A DNA stretch of 59,916 bases from Acidimicrobiia bacterium (lineage in GTDB: Bacteria > Actinomycetota > Acidimicrobiia > IMCC26256 > DASPTH01). Made by a program: the position numbers and the translations under genes. The notes below the pieces were generated by a model that searched no databases, had not been told where the DNA came from, and saw nothing but the letters and a program-made list of their open reading frames with translations. Within the stretch, counting starts at the first letter, position 1; each line of letters opens with the position of its first letter. The stretch spans positions 1 to 59,916 of the forward strand of contig DATBBL010000273.1 in assembly GCA_036271015.1 (NCBI GenBank), given 5' to 3'. This document shows positions 25,156-34,237 of this stretch, one piece after another.

Positions 25156-26175
25156 ATGACGAAGACAGCTCCCACCACCAAGCCGCTGCCGCCGGTCGAG
25201 CAGGTCCGGCCCGGCCTGTGGAGCATCCCGGTCCCGCTGCCGATCCCGCTGCGCTACGTGTTCGTGTACGCGTTCGAGACCGACCGGGGCCCCTTCCTCG
25301 TTGACGCAGGTTGGAACACCGACGACGCCTTCGAGGCGCTGAGCGCCGGGCTCCGCCAGGGCGGCTTCGAGATGACCGACGTGCAGGGCGTGATGGTCAC
25401 GCACATCCATCCCGACCACTACGGCCTCGCCGGGCGCGTGCGCGAGATCTCCGACGCGTGGATCGCGCTGCACCCCGCCGATGCCCGGCTCATCCACGAC
25501 CGCTACGAGGAGCCGACCGACCTCCTCGTGAGCATGGGTGGGATGCTGCGCAAGCTCGGTGCGCCCGCCGCCGAGCTCGAGGAGCTGCGCAACGCCTCGA
25601 TGCCGGTGCGCCCACTGGTCGACTTCGTGGAGCCGACCGTCCTCATGGAGGACGGCGACCGTCCCGACATGCCGGGCTGGGACCTGACCGCGGTGTGGAC
25701 GCCGGGCCACTCGCCCGGTCACCTCTGCTTCTGGGAGGCCAAGCACCGCCTCATGCTCACCGGTGACTGCGTGCTCCCGCGCATCACCCCGAACGTGAAC
25801 CTCAACCCGCAGACCGAGCCCGATCCGCTCGGTGACTACCTGCAGTCGTTGGAGAAGCTGGCCGCCTACGACGCGACCGAGGCGCTGCCTGCGCACGAGT
25901 GGCGCTATGTGGGGCACCGCGCGCGCCTGCTCGAGATCCGCGCCCACCACGAGCACCGCTTCCTCGAGGTGATCGCGGCGGTTCGCGCCGGCTACGACAC
26001 CGCGTGGGAGGTCGCCCCGCGCATGGACTGGTCGCGCCCATGGGATCAGATCGACGGGTTCATGCGCCGCTCCGCGATCGGCGAGGCCTACGCGCACTTG
26101 CGCGCGCTCACCAAGCGTGGAGTGCTCGAGGAGTCGGAGGGCGAGCCGTCGCGGTGGAAGCTCGTCGAGGCGTGA
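25156..26175 (+). CDS. MBL-fold metallo-hydrolase
   Basis: 339 aa. Motifs VTHIHPDHYG (HxHxDH), WTPGHSPGH, GDCVL. ATG 25156; an alternative ATG lies at 25117. Confidence 0.85.
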   Translation: MTKTAPTTKPLPPVEQVRPGLWSIPVPLPIPLRYVFVYAFETDRGPFLVDAGWNTDDAFEALSAGLRQGGFEMTDVQGVMVTHIHPDHYGLAGRVREISDAWIALHPADARLIHDRYEEPTDLLVSMGGMLRKLGAPAAELEELRNASMPVRPLVDFVEPTVLMEDGDRPDMPGWDLTAVWTPGHSPGHLCFWEAKHRLMLTGDCVLPRITPNVNLNPQTEPDPLGDYLQSLEKLAAYDATEALPAHEWRYVGHRARLLEIRAHHEHRFLEVIAAVRAGYDTAWEVAPRMDWSRPWDQIDGFMRRSAIGEAYAHLRALTKRGVLEESEGEPSRWKLVEA

Positions 26176-26984
26176 ACGAGAACGCCGACGACGCACCGGT
26201 GCTGTGCGAGGTGGACGACGGGATCGCCACCGTCATCCTCAACCGACCCCAGCGCATGAACGCATGGACGCACGCGATGGAGGTCGCCTACTTCGACCTG
26301 ATCGACGCGCTCGACGACGACCCCGACGTCCGCGCCGTCGTGCTCACGGGTGCCGGACGCGGGTTCTGTCCGGGCCTCGACGCCGGCGACCTCGCCGCGC
26401 GCACCCAGGGCGTGGCCGGGCAGGAGGGCGTCGACCGGCCCATGACCCACGCGTGCACCCTGCGCAAGCCACTGCTCGCGGCGATCAATGGCGGCTGCGC
26501 CGGCATCGGCCTCGTGCAGGCGCTCGTGGCCGACCTGCGCTTCGCGGCCGTCGGGGCGAAGCTCGCGACCGCGTTCACCCGGCGCGGGCTCGTCGCCGAG
26601 TTCGGCGTGTCATGGATGCTGCCGCGCCTGGTCGGCGCCGGCAACGCGATGGACCTCCTGCTGTCCGGGCGCGCAGTTACCGCCGAGGAGGCGCTCGCCA
26701 TGGGCCTGGTGAACCGCGTGTACCCCGCCGAGGAGCTGCTCGCTGCGACCCAGGCGTACGCGCGGGACCTCGCCGCGAACTGCTCGCCGCTGGCGATGCA
26801 GGCGGTGAAGGCGCAGGTGGCGGCGGACTGGACGCGCGCGCTGGACGAGTCGGAGGCCGACGCGTTCGGGTTGGTGAAGGAACCCGCCCGCCGCCCTGAC
26901 TTCCGCGAGGGCGTCGCCGCGTTCACCGAGAAGCGCCCGCCAGCCTTCCCGCCGCTGCCGCCTCGGGACGCGTCGACCAAGTGA
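26172..26984 (+). CDS. Enoyl-CoA hydratase/isomerase family protein
   Basis: GTG 26172 overlaps the MBL stop (GTGA). Motifs ATVILNRPQRMNA, GAGRGFCPGLD, AAINGGCAGIGLVQALVAD. Confidence 0.85.
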   Translation: MNENADDAPVLCEVDDGIATVILNRPQRMNAWTHAMEVAYFDLIDALDDDPDVRAVVLTGAGRGFCPGLDAGDLAARTQGVAGQEGVDRPMTHACTLRKPLLAAINGGCAGIGLVQALVADLRFAAVGAKLATAFTRRGLVAEFGVSWMLPRLVGAGNAMDLLLSGRAVTAEEALAMGLVNRVYPAEELLAATQAYARDLAANCSPLAMQAVKAQVAADWTRALDESEADAFGLVKEPARRPDFREGVAAFTEKRPPAFPPLPPRDASTK

Positions 26985-27062
26985 GGAACCGCGCCGGAGA
27001 TGCGGTGCGGTGACCCGTCGCTAGCATCGGAACAACCCGGCGCGGCCTGAGAGAGGACGAAG

Positions 27063-28190
27063 GTGGAGCTGGAGCTGCAGGACGATCAGGAGCTGTTCGT
27101 CGAGACGACGAGACGGTTCCTCGAGGCCGAGAGCCCGCTGACGCGCGTCCGCGACCTCTACGAGGATCCGGTGGGCTTCGATCGCGACTACTGGCGGCGG
27201 GGCGCCGAGCTGGGCTGGGCCACGATGCTGGTGCCCGAGGAGCTCGGCGGCGGGAGCGTCAGCGGCGCCGGCCTGCTCGACCTCGAGCTGGTGGCCGAGG
27301 AGATGGGGAGAACGGTCGCGCCAGGTCCCCTCCTCCCGGTGAACGTGGTCGCCGACACCCTCGCCCGTTCCGGCCGTCCCGACCAGCAGGAGGCCGAGCT
27401 AGCCGGCCTCGTGAGCGGTGAGCGCATCGCCACCTGGGCGTTCGCGGAGCCTTCCAGCCGCTGGGACGCGGGCGGGGTTGCGCTCGGCGCCAGCGAACGT
27501 GACGGCGCCTGGGTGCTCTCGGGAACCAAGTCGTACGTCCAGGACGCGGCGGTGGCCGACGAGTGGCTCGTGACCGCTCGCACCGGCGACAGCCTCACGC
27601 AGTTCCTCGTCGCCGCCGGCACGCCGGGGGTCACCGTGGCACCCCTGCAGTCGCTCGACATGACCCGCCGATTCGGCGACGTCGTCTTCGACGGCGCCAC
27701 CGTCGACGGGTCCGCCGTGGTGGGTCGCGTCGGCGACGCCGCCGCCGACGTCGAACGTCAGCTGCAGGTCGCGCTGACGGTGCAGAACGCGGAGACCGTC
27801 GGCGCGGTGAACCGGGTCTACGAGTTCACGCTCGAGTACGCCCAGGACCGCATGGCGTTCGGGCGCCCGATCGGCTCCTACCAGGCGTTGAAGCACCGCT
27901 TCGCCGACATGAAGATGTGGTTGGAGGCCTGCAACGCGACCGCCACCGCCTCGGCGCGGGCGGTGCAGGCGGGCGCCGACGACGCACCGAAGCTCGTCAG
28001 CACGGCCAAGGCGTACATCGGCGACCGTGCTCCGGCGATCGTGCAGGACTGCGTGCAGCTGCACGGGGGCATCGGTGTCACCTGGGAGCACGACCTGCAC
28101 CTCTACTTGCGTCGGGTTGCTCAGAACGCCGCGCTCTACGGATCCGCTCGTGACCACCGGCTGCGGGTCGCGACCTTGTTGGGAGTGTGA
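27063..28190 (+). CDS. Acyl-CoA dehydrogenase family protein, non-catalytic beta-type subunit of a heteromeric ACAD
   Basis: 375 aa. GTG start preceded by GAGAGGA. ACAD fold (YQALKHRFADM, VQLHGGIGVTWEHDLHLYLRR), but the C-terminus reads VAQNAALYGSARDHR with no G-T-S-E-I catalytic-Glu motif and no SEP-x-GSD motif. Confidence 0.85.
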   Translation: MELELQDDQELFVETTRRFLEAESPLTRVRDLYEDPVGFDRDYWRRGAELGWATMLVPEELGGGSVSGAGLLDLELVAEEMGRTVAPGPLLPVNVVADTLARSGRPDQQEAELAGLVSGERIATWAFAEPSSRWDAGGVALGASERDGAWVLSGTKSYVQDAAVADEWLVTARTGDSLTQFLVAAGTPGVTVAPLQSLDMTRRFGDVVFDGATVDGSAVVGRVGDAAADVERQLQVALTVQNAETVGAVNRVYEFTLEYAQDRMAFGRPIGSYQALKHRFADMKMWLEACNATATASARAVQAGADDAPKLVSTAKAYIGDRAPAIVQDCVQLHGGIGVTWEHDLHLYLRRVAQNAALYGSARDHRLRVATLLGV

Positions 28191-28194
28191 CCGC

Positions 28195-29511
28195 ATGACC
28201 GCGACCACCGACACCGAGGCCGTCGAAGACGTCGAGTCGTTCCGGGCCCGGGCGCGTGCCTGGCTCGGTGAGACGTTCGCCCGAGTCGACGCGCCCGACG
28301 ATCCGATCGGCGACCGGCTGCGCGTCGAGGGGCGCGACGTCCACGCCGATGCCGAGCGTGCCCGGATGGGCCAACGGATGCTCCGGGAAGGCGGGTTCGC
28401 CGGGATCACCTACCCGAAGGAGTACGGCGGCCGAGGCCTGCGTGCGGCGCACCTCCACGCGTTCACGCACGAGGCGCGCGCGTACGACCTCGGCGGGAGC
28501 GGGCCGATGTTCGCGATGACGTTGGGCATGATGGGGCCCACGCTGCTGGAGCTCGGGTCCGACGACCTGAAGGCGCGGTACCTGCCCCGCATGATCCAGG
28601 GCGACGACCTCTGGGTCCAGTTCCTCTCCGAACCGACCGGCGGCTCCGATCTCGCCGGGGCGGTGACGCGCGCGACGCGCGACGGCGAGAGCTACGTGAT
28701 CAGTGGTTCGAAGGTGTGGACCAGCGCGGCCGACTACTCGGACTTCGGCTTCTGCCTCGCCCGCACCGACTGGGACGTGCCCAAGCACCGCGGCCTGACC
28801 ATGTTCGTGGTGCCGTTGCGCGCGCCGGGCCTGGAGGTGATCCCGCTCCGGCTGGTGACCGGCGCGACCGGGTTCTGCCAGGAGTTCTTCGACAACGTGG
28901 TGGTGCCCGCGGCCGACGTCATCGGCGAGGTGAACGACGGCTGGACGGTCGCATCGCGGCTGCTCGTGCACGAGCGGAACGCCATCGCCGGGGGTTCGGA
29001 GTTCCACGACATGGACACCGGCGGTACGCGCGCCGACGGGCCGGAGCGCGTCGGTCGCCGCGTCGACCTCGCCGAGTTGGCGCGGGCACGCGGCCTGGCC
29101 GACGACTCCCACAGCCGCCAGCTCGTGGCCGAGGCCGACGTGTTGGCCACCGTGAACCGGCAGCTGTCGTCGCGCCTGCAGACCGCGACCGCCCTCGGCG
29201 TGCTGCCGCCGGCGGCCGGCTCGCTCCTCAAGCTGTTCGGCTCGACGGCCCACGTGCGCACGTCCGACATCACGATGGAGCTGTCCGGCTCGTCGGGCGT
29301 GGTGTGGCCGGGCGACGACCGGTCGGCGGGCCTGGGAGTCGATTTCCTGTTCCGGCAGGCCACCTCGATCCTGAGCGGCACCAGCGAGATCCAGCGCAAT
29401 ATCATCAGCGAGCGGGTGCTCGGGCTCCCCCGCGAGCCCGCGCCCGACCGCGACCTCCCGTTCCGCGAGGTGCGCCACAACACGATGCCCAAGCGCGCGG
29501 GGAGCGAGTGA
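28195..29511 (+). CDS. Acyl-CoA dehydrogenase, catalytic alpha-type subunit
   Basis: ATG 28195, 4 nt after the upstream stop. Motifs VQFLSEPTGGSDLAG, GSKVWTSAA, ILSGTSEIQRNIISERVLGLPREP. Confidence 0.9.
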   Translation: MTATTDTEAVEDVESFRARARAWLGETFARVDAPDDPIGDRLRVEGRDVHADAERARMGQRMLREGGFAGITYPKEYGGRGLRAAHLHAFTHEARAYDLGGSGPMFAMTLGMMGPTLLELGSDDLKARYLPRMIQGDDLWVQFLSEPTGGSDLAGAVTRATRDGESYVISGSKVWTSAADYSDFGFCLARTDWDVPKHRGLTMFVVPLRAPGLEVIPLRLVTGATGFCQEFFDNVVVPAADVIGEVNDGWTVASRLLVHERNAIAGGSEFHDMDTGGTRADGPERVGRRVDLAELARARGLADDSHSRQLVAEADVLATVNRQLSSRLQTATALGVLPPAAGSLLKLFGSTAHVRTSDITMELSGSSGVVWPGDDRSAGLGVDFLFRQATSILSGTSEIQRNIISERVLGLPREPAPDRDLPFREVRHNTMPKRAGSE

Positions 29512-29565
29512 GCCTGTCCAAACGCGGCCCATGACCGGCCGGGCGGCCCGTGGTGGACTGGCTCC

Positions 29566-30792
29566 ATGACGGAGATGGATGCCATGGACGAGATGGCCGC
29601 CATGGCCGCGCAGTTCGCCGACGCCGCGCTGCCGTTCAGCGACCCCGAGGGCGCGGCGGCTCGCGCCACCGCCGAGCCCATGGCCATGTACACCGCGCGG
29701 GCGGCGCGGTGCCCGGTCGAACGACTCGAGGACGACTTCGTGGTGCTGCTGCGGATGGCCGACATCCTCTACGTGAACAAGCACCACGACGTGGAACAGG
29801 CATCGAAGTACCTCGGCAGCAGCCGGCCCGCGATCCCGCTCGGTCTCGACGGCGAGGACCACCGGAAGTACCGCCGGCTGCTCGATCCCGTGTTCACGGC
29901 CAAGCGGGTGGCACCCCTGGCCGACAACGTGCGCGTCCTCGCCGACGAGATGATCGACACGTTCGCCGGCGCGGGCGAGGTCCGGGCGTACGAGCGCTTC
30001 TGCGAACCGTTGCCGTCGACGATCTTCCTCTCGATTCTCGGGCTCCCGCTCGCGGACCTCGACGACTTCCTGCACTTCAAGAGCCTCACCCTCGGGAACG
30101 AGTTCGCCACCCTGCCGTTCGACGAGGCAATGGCGCGGCGCGAGGAAGCGATCGTGTGGATCCACAACTACTTCAACCGGCTGCTCGACGATCGGCTGGG
30201 CGCCGACGATCCCGGCGACGACCTCCTCGGTTGGCTCCTCACCACCGAGGTGGAGGGCGAGCGGCTCCCCCGCGAGGACCTCCTCGACATCCTCGGACTG
30301 TTGATGATCGCCGGGCTCGACACCGTCGCGGCGTCGCTGGCGTGCTTCCTCAGCCATCTCGCCCGCCACCCGGACGAGCGGCGGCGTCTCGTCGCCGACC
30401 CGTCGTTGTGGCCGGCGGCGATCGAGGAGCTGCTGCGGTTCGAGTCTCCCGTCACCGACGGCGGCCGCATCGCGCTCGCCGACCTCGAGCTCCCGAGCGG
30501 CGAGCACATCGCGGCCGGGTCCCGTATGGGCATCTCGTGGCACTCGGCCAACCTCGACCCCGAGTCCTTCGCCGATCCGCTCACCGTCGACTTCGGCCGC
30601 ACCCCGAACCCGCACATCGCGTTCGCGAGCGGGTTCCACCGCTGCCTCGGTTCGCACTTGGCCCGCATGGAGATGCACGTCGCGCTCGAGGTCTGGCACC
30701 AGCGGATCCCCGACTACGAGATCGCGCCGGGATCCGACCTCTCCTACAGCGGCAACCCGCGCGCGCCGCACCATCTCACGCTCACCTGGTGA
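29566..30792 (+). CDS. Cytochrome P450
   Basis: 408 aa. I-helix MIAGLDTVAAS, EELLRFESP (ExxR), heme loop FASGFHRCLGSHLARME. Confidence 0.92.
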   Translation: MTEMDAMDEMAAMAAQFADAALPFSDPEGAAARATAEPMAMYTARAARCPVERLEDDFVVLLRMADILYVNKHHDVEQASKYLGSSRPAIPLGLDGEDHRKYRRLLDPVFTAKRVAPLADNVRVLADEMIDTFAGAGEVRAYERFCEPLPSTIFLSILGLPLADLDDFLHFKSLTLGNEFATLPFDEAMARREEAIVWIHNYFNRLLDDRLGADDPGDDLLGWLLTTEVEGERLPREDLLDILGLLMIAGLDTVAASLACFLSHLARHPDERRRLVADPSLWPAAIEELLRFESPVTDGGRIALADLELPSGEHIAAGSRMGISWHSANLDPESFADPLTVDFGRTPNPHIAFASGFHRCLGSHLARMEMHVALEVWHQRIPDYEIAPGSDLSYSGNPRAPHHLTLTW

Positions 30793-31967
30793 ACCTCGTC
30801 GACACGCCGACCCAGGCGACCTGTCGCGAGAAGATCCGGGACTGGTTGGCCGAGCACCTCACCGGCGAGTTCGCCCGCCACCGGGGCGTCGGCGGTCCCG
30901 CCGACGACTCCTGGTGGGAGCTGCGCCTCGCGTGGGAGCGCGAGTTGGCCGCCGGTGGCTGGCTGGGTCTCACGTGGCCGGTCGAGTACGGCGGCCGCGG
31001 CGGGACCCTGGAAGAGGAGCTCGTGTTCCTCGAGGAACACTTCCGCGCCCGGGCGCCGTACTGGGTCGGCGTGCACGGGCGCGACCTGTTCGGGCCCACG
31101 CTCCTCCACGCCGGGACGGCGGCCCAGAAGGCGCGCTTCCTTCCCCGCATCATGGCCTGCGACGAGATGTGGGGGCAGGGGTTCAGCGAGCCGGAGGCGG
31201 GCTCCGATCTCGGCGGCGTGCGGACCCGGGCCGTCCGCGACGGCGACGAGTGGGTGTTGAACGGCCAGAAGATCTGGATGACCTTCGGCACGCACGCGGA
31301 CTGGTTGTACGTGCTCTGCCGCACGAACGCCGATGCGCCGAAGCATCGCGGGCTCTCGTTGATCCTGGTGCCCGCACACCAACAGGGCGTCGACGTCCGG
31401 CCGATCCGGAACCTCGCCGGCGGCGAGGAGTTCGCCGAGGTGTTCTTCTCCGATGCCCGCACCCGGGCTGACCTCGTGGTGGGTCCGGTCGACGGCGCGT
31501 GGTCGGTCGTCATGGGCACCGTCGGCACCGAACGTGGCACCACCGCGCTCCCCTACCAGGCAGCGTTCGAGCAGCAGCTGCACGACCTCGTGGGCGAGCT
31601 GCGCGAGCGCGGGCGGACCGACGACCCGGTGGTGCGCCAACGCCTCGCGCAGGCATGGATCGGGCTCCAGCTCAACCGCCACAACAACGCGCGGATGCTC
31701 ACGCGTCTCGTGCGCGACGGCACCCTCGGGCCGGAGGCGTCGCTGTCGAAGCTGTTCTGGTCGCACTGGCACCGCGACCTCGGCGCGCTGATGATGGACC
31801 TCCGGGGAGCCGACGCGACCGTGGTCGGCGACGGGTGGTCGCTCGACCCGTTCCAGACCGTGTTCCTCAACTCGCGCGCCGAGACCATCTACGGCGGCGC
31901 CAACGAGATCCAGCGCAACATCGTCGCCGAGCGGCTGCTCGGCCTCCCCAAGGAACCGCGCGTGTGA
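30789..31967 (+). CDS. Acyl-CoA dehydrogenase
   Basis: GTG 30789 overlaps the P450 stop (GTGA). Motifs WPVEYGGRG, GQGFSEPEAGSDLGG, NGQKIWMTFG, IYGGANEIQRNIVAERLLGLPKEP. Confidence 0.9.
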   Translation: MNLVDTPTQATCREKIRDWLAEHLTGEFARHRGVGGPADDSWWELRLAWERELAAGGWLGLTWPVEYGGRGGTLEEELVFLEEHFRARAPYWVGVHGRDLFGPTLLHAGTAAQKARFLPRIMACDEMWGQGFSEPEAGSDLGGVRTRAVRDGDEWVLNGQKIWMTFGTHADWLYVLCRTNADAPKHRGLSLILVPAHQQGVDVRPIRNLAGGEEFAEVFFSDARTRADLVVGPVDGAWSVVMGTVGTERGTTALPYQAAFEQQLHDLVGELRERGRTDDPVVRQRLAQAWIGLQLNRHNNARMLTRLVRDGTLGPEASLSKLFWSHWHRDLGALMMDLRGADATVVGDGWSLDPFQTVFLNSRAETIYGGANEIQRNIVAERLLGLPKEPRV

Positions 31968-32908
31968 ACGTCGCAAGAAGGGTCGGGGTGCGCGTCGGCG
32001 TGCGCCCACCGCTCGGCGCGTTCGAACAGGGCGCCGAGGTGCTGGCCACGTACGTCGCGCACGTCGAAGCAGCGGGCCTCGACCACCTGTGCGTCGGCGA
32101 CCACGTGAGCTTCCGCGACGGCTACGGCTACGACGGGCTGGTGCAGGCGACTGCGCTGGCGGTGAGGTCGTCCCTTCCCGTCCACACCTCCGTGTACCTC
32201 CTGCCGTTGCGCCACCCGGTCGCGGTGGCGCGCCAGCTGTCGTCACTCGCGCAGCTGGCGCCGGGCCGGCTCGTGTTCGGGGTCGGGATGGGTGGTGACG
32301 ACCCCCACGAGCTCGAGGTGTGCGGCGTCGATCCCCGTACCCGGGGCCGGCGGATGGATGAGTGCCTCACCGTGGTGCGCGGCCTCCTCGCCGGCGACAC
32401 CGTCAACCTCGACGGCGACGTCCTGTCGGTGCACGGCGCGCGCGTCTCGCCGCCACCGCCGCGACCGGTGCCGATCGTGGTCGGCGGTCGCAGCGACGCC
32501 GCGCTCCGGCGCGCCGCCCGCTTCGGCGACGGTTGGCTCGGCGTCTTCGTGGGGCCGGAACGGTGGGCGACATCACGGGCGCGCGTCGAGGCCGTCGCGG
32601 CCGAGCTCGGCCGGACACCTGCCGACTGGCGGCACGGGCTCGCGGTGTGGGTCGGCTTCGGCGACTCTCGCGCCGACGCGGCCGCCCCGCTCGGCGCGGC
32701 GATGGAGGAGCTGTACCGCCGGCCGTTCGGCGACTTCGCCGCCTACGCGCCGCACGGCACCGCCGAGGACGTGGCCGAGGCGCTGGCGCCCTACGCCGCC
32801 GCGGGGTGCAGCACCGTCAACCTGATCCCCGTCGGGGCCGACGACGCCATGACCGTCGAAGGCTGCGCCCGCGTGCGCGAGCTGCTGGGCCGCGTCGTCA
32901 TGACCTGA
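31964..32908 (+). CDS. LLM-class (luciferase-like) flavin/F420-dependent oxidoreductase
   Basis: GTG 31964 overlaps the ACAD stop (GTGA). 314 aa with LDHLCVGDHVSF, LPLRHPVAVARQLSSLAQLAPGRLVFGVGMGG, PIVVGGRSDAALRRAARFGDGW. Confidence 0.8.
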   Translation: MNVARRVGVRVGVRPPLGAFEQGAEVLATYVAHVEAAGLDHLCVGDHVSFRDGYGYDGLVQATALAVRSSLPVHTSVYLLPLRHPVAVARQLSSLAQLAPGRLVFGVGMGGDDPHELEVCGVDPRTRGRRMDECLTVVRGLLAGDTVNLDGDVLSVHGARVSPPPPRPVPIVVGGRSDAALRRAARFGDGWLGVFVGPERWATSRARVEAVAAELGRTPADWRHGLAVWVGFGDSRADAAAPLGAAMEELYRRPFGDFAAYAPHGTAEDVAEALAPYAAAGCSTVNLIPVGADDAMTVEGCARVRELLGRVVMT

Positions 32909-33383
32909 AGTCGCGGCCGCGCACCAGGCGCACGGGGGTGTACACGAGCACGTCGTCGCCCCGCTGGTTGTAGACGGTGTTGGACGACGTCACCACGCCA
33001 CGCCCGGGCTTGCTCGACGGGCGCGCTTCGGTGATCTCGACCACGACGTCCAGCGTGTCGCCCACGACCGTCGGGCGCCGCACGTCGAGCTCCATGTGCA
33101 TGAACGCGAGCCCGGTGCCGGCAAAGGAGTGGCTCTGGATGACCAGCCCCTCACCGAGGGCGTAGACCAGCGCACCAGGGACGAGCCGGCCGGTGTAGCC
33201 GCCTTCCGCCGCGTGCCGCTCGTCGTAGAAGAGCGGCTCGTTGAATCCGCAGAGGTTCACGAACTGCACGACGTCGCTCTCGGTGACGGTCCGAGCTGCC
33301 GTCCGGAACGCCGAGCCGACCGTCATCTCCTCCCAGGTGTTGCCGCGGATCGCGAAGGGCGCGTCGTCGCGCGAGACGGTCAC
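32898..33383 (-). CDS. MaoC-like (R)-specific enoyl-CoA hydratase / dehydratase (hotdog fold)
   Basis: 161 aa, GTG start. Motifs RTVTESDVVQFVNLCGFNEPLFYDERHA, LVPGALVYAL, VVGDTLDVVVEI. It overlaps the 3' end of the LLM gene convergently by 11 nt. Confidence 0.85.
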   Translation of the reverse strand: MTVSRDDAPFAIRGNTWEEMTVGSAFRTAARTVTESDVVQFVNLCGFNEPLFYDERHAAEGGYTGRLVPGALVYALGEGLVIQSHSFAGTGLAFMHMELDVRRPTVVGDTLDVVVEITEARPSSKPGRGVVTSSNTVYNQRGDDVLVYTPVRLVRGRDFRS

Positions 33384-33397
33384 GGTCGCTTAATCTA

Positions 33398-33417
33398 CGT
33401 CGCCTCAGTGGGCGACG
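33398..33417. promoter_or_regulatory. Inverted repeat in divergent MaoC/SDR promoter region
   Basis: CGTCGCC-tcagtg-GGCGACG within the 46-bp gap between starts 33383 (-) and 33430 (+), next to the AT-rich TTAATCTAC. Confidence 0.3.
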
Positions 33418-33429
33418 AACGAGGGTGTC

Positions 33430-34185
33430 ATGAGCTTGTCGGGACGGGTCGCGCTGGTCACGGGCGGGGCGCGCGGCATTGGCGCCGCGGTCGCGGACGC
33501 GTTGGCGGAGGCGGGCGCAGCGGTGGCGATCGGCGATGTCGACGAAGGCGGCGCCCTCGACACCGCAGCGCGCATCGGCAAGGACCGCGGCACGCCGGTG
33601 CTGGGACTCGGGATGGACATCACCCGGCGCGACAGCGTTGATACCGCTGTCGCCGCCGTCGAATCCGAGCTCGGGCCTCTGGGCGTGCTGGTCAACAACG
33701 CGGGCATCGACGTCATCAAGCCGTTCGCCGACAGCACTCCCGACGAATGGGAGCGCATCATCGCGGTGAACCTGATGGGCACGTTCCACTGCTGCCAGGC
33801 GGCCGTCGCGGTGATGCGGCCCCGCGAGGGCGGCGCGATCGTCAACTTCGGGTCCGACGCCGGACGCGTCGGCTCGTCTCGGGAGGCGGTCTACTCGGCG
33901 ACCAAGGGCGGCGTCATCGCGTTCACCAAGACGCTCGCCCGCGAGGTCGCGCGCTACGGCATCCGGGTGAACTGCGTGAGCCCGGGCCCGACCGACACCG
34001 CGTTGCTGGCGCAGGTCGCCGAGGCCAGCCCGAACCTGCGCGACGCACTCGCGCGCTCGATCCCGATGCGCCGCATCGGCGAACCGACCGACGTCGCACC
34101 GGTGGTCGTGTTCCTCGCCGGCGACGGTGCCCGCTACATCACCGGCCAGACGCTGTCGGTGAGCGGCGGGCTGACAATGTCGTGA
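33430..34185 (+). CDS. SDR family oxidoreductase (FabG/3-oxoacyl reductase-like)
   Basis: 251 aa. Motifs VTGGARGIGAAV, NNAGI, YSATKGG, GQTLSVSGG. GAGGG upstream of the ATG. Confidence 0.9.
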   Translation: MSLSGRVALVTGGARGIGAAVADALAEAGAAVAIGDVDEGGALDTAARIGKDRGTPVLGLGMDITRRDSVDTAVAAVESELGPLGVLVNNAGIDVIKPFADSTPDEWERIIAVNLMGTFHCCQAAVAVMRPREGGAIVNFGSDAGRVGSSREAVYSATKGGVIAFTKTLAREVARYGIRVNCVSPGPTDTALLAQVAEASPNLRDALARSIPMRRIGEPTDVAPVVVFLAGDGARYITGQTLSVSGGLTMS

Positions 34186-34237
34186 GCGTGAGCGAGCCGG
34201 GTACCCCGGCGAGGAGCGAACGCCCAATGGTGCTGCC

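Noticed and set aside
28078-30774. Very long antisense or alternative-frame ORFs. Examples: 898 aa at 28078-30774(-), 744 aa at 38446-40680(-), 613 aa at 33151-34992(-), 516 aa at 31-1581(-), 537 aa at 9946-11559(-), and many others in the track.
   Set aside because: - Their translations are Arg/Gly/Pro/Ala-rich low-complexity strings with no family motifs.
- They lie opposite or out of frame to ORFs with clear enzyme motifs and GC3-biased codons.
- Stop-poor alternative frames are the expected artefact of a very GC-rich genome.
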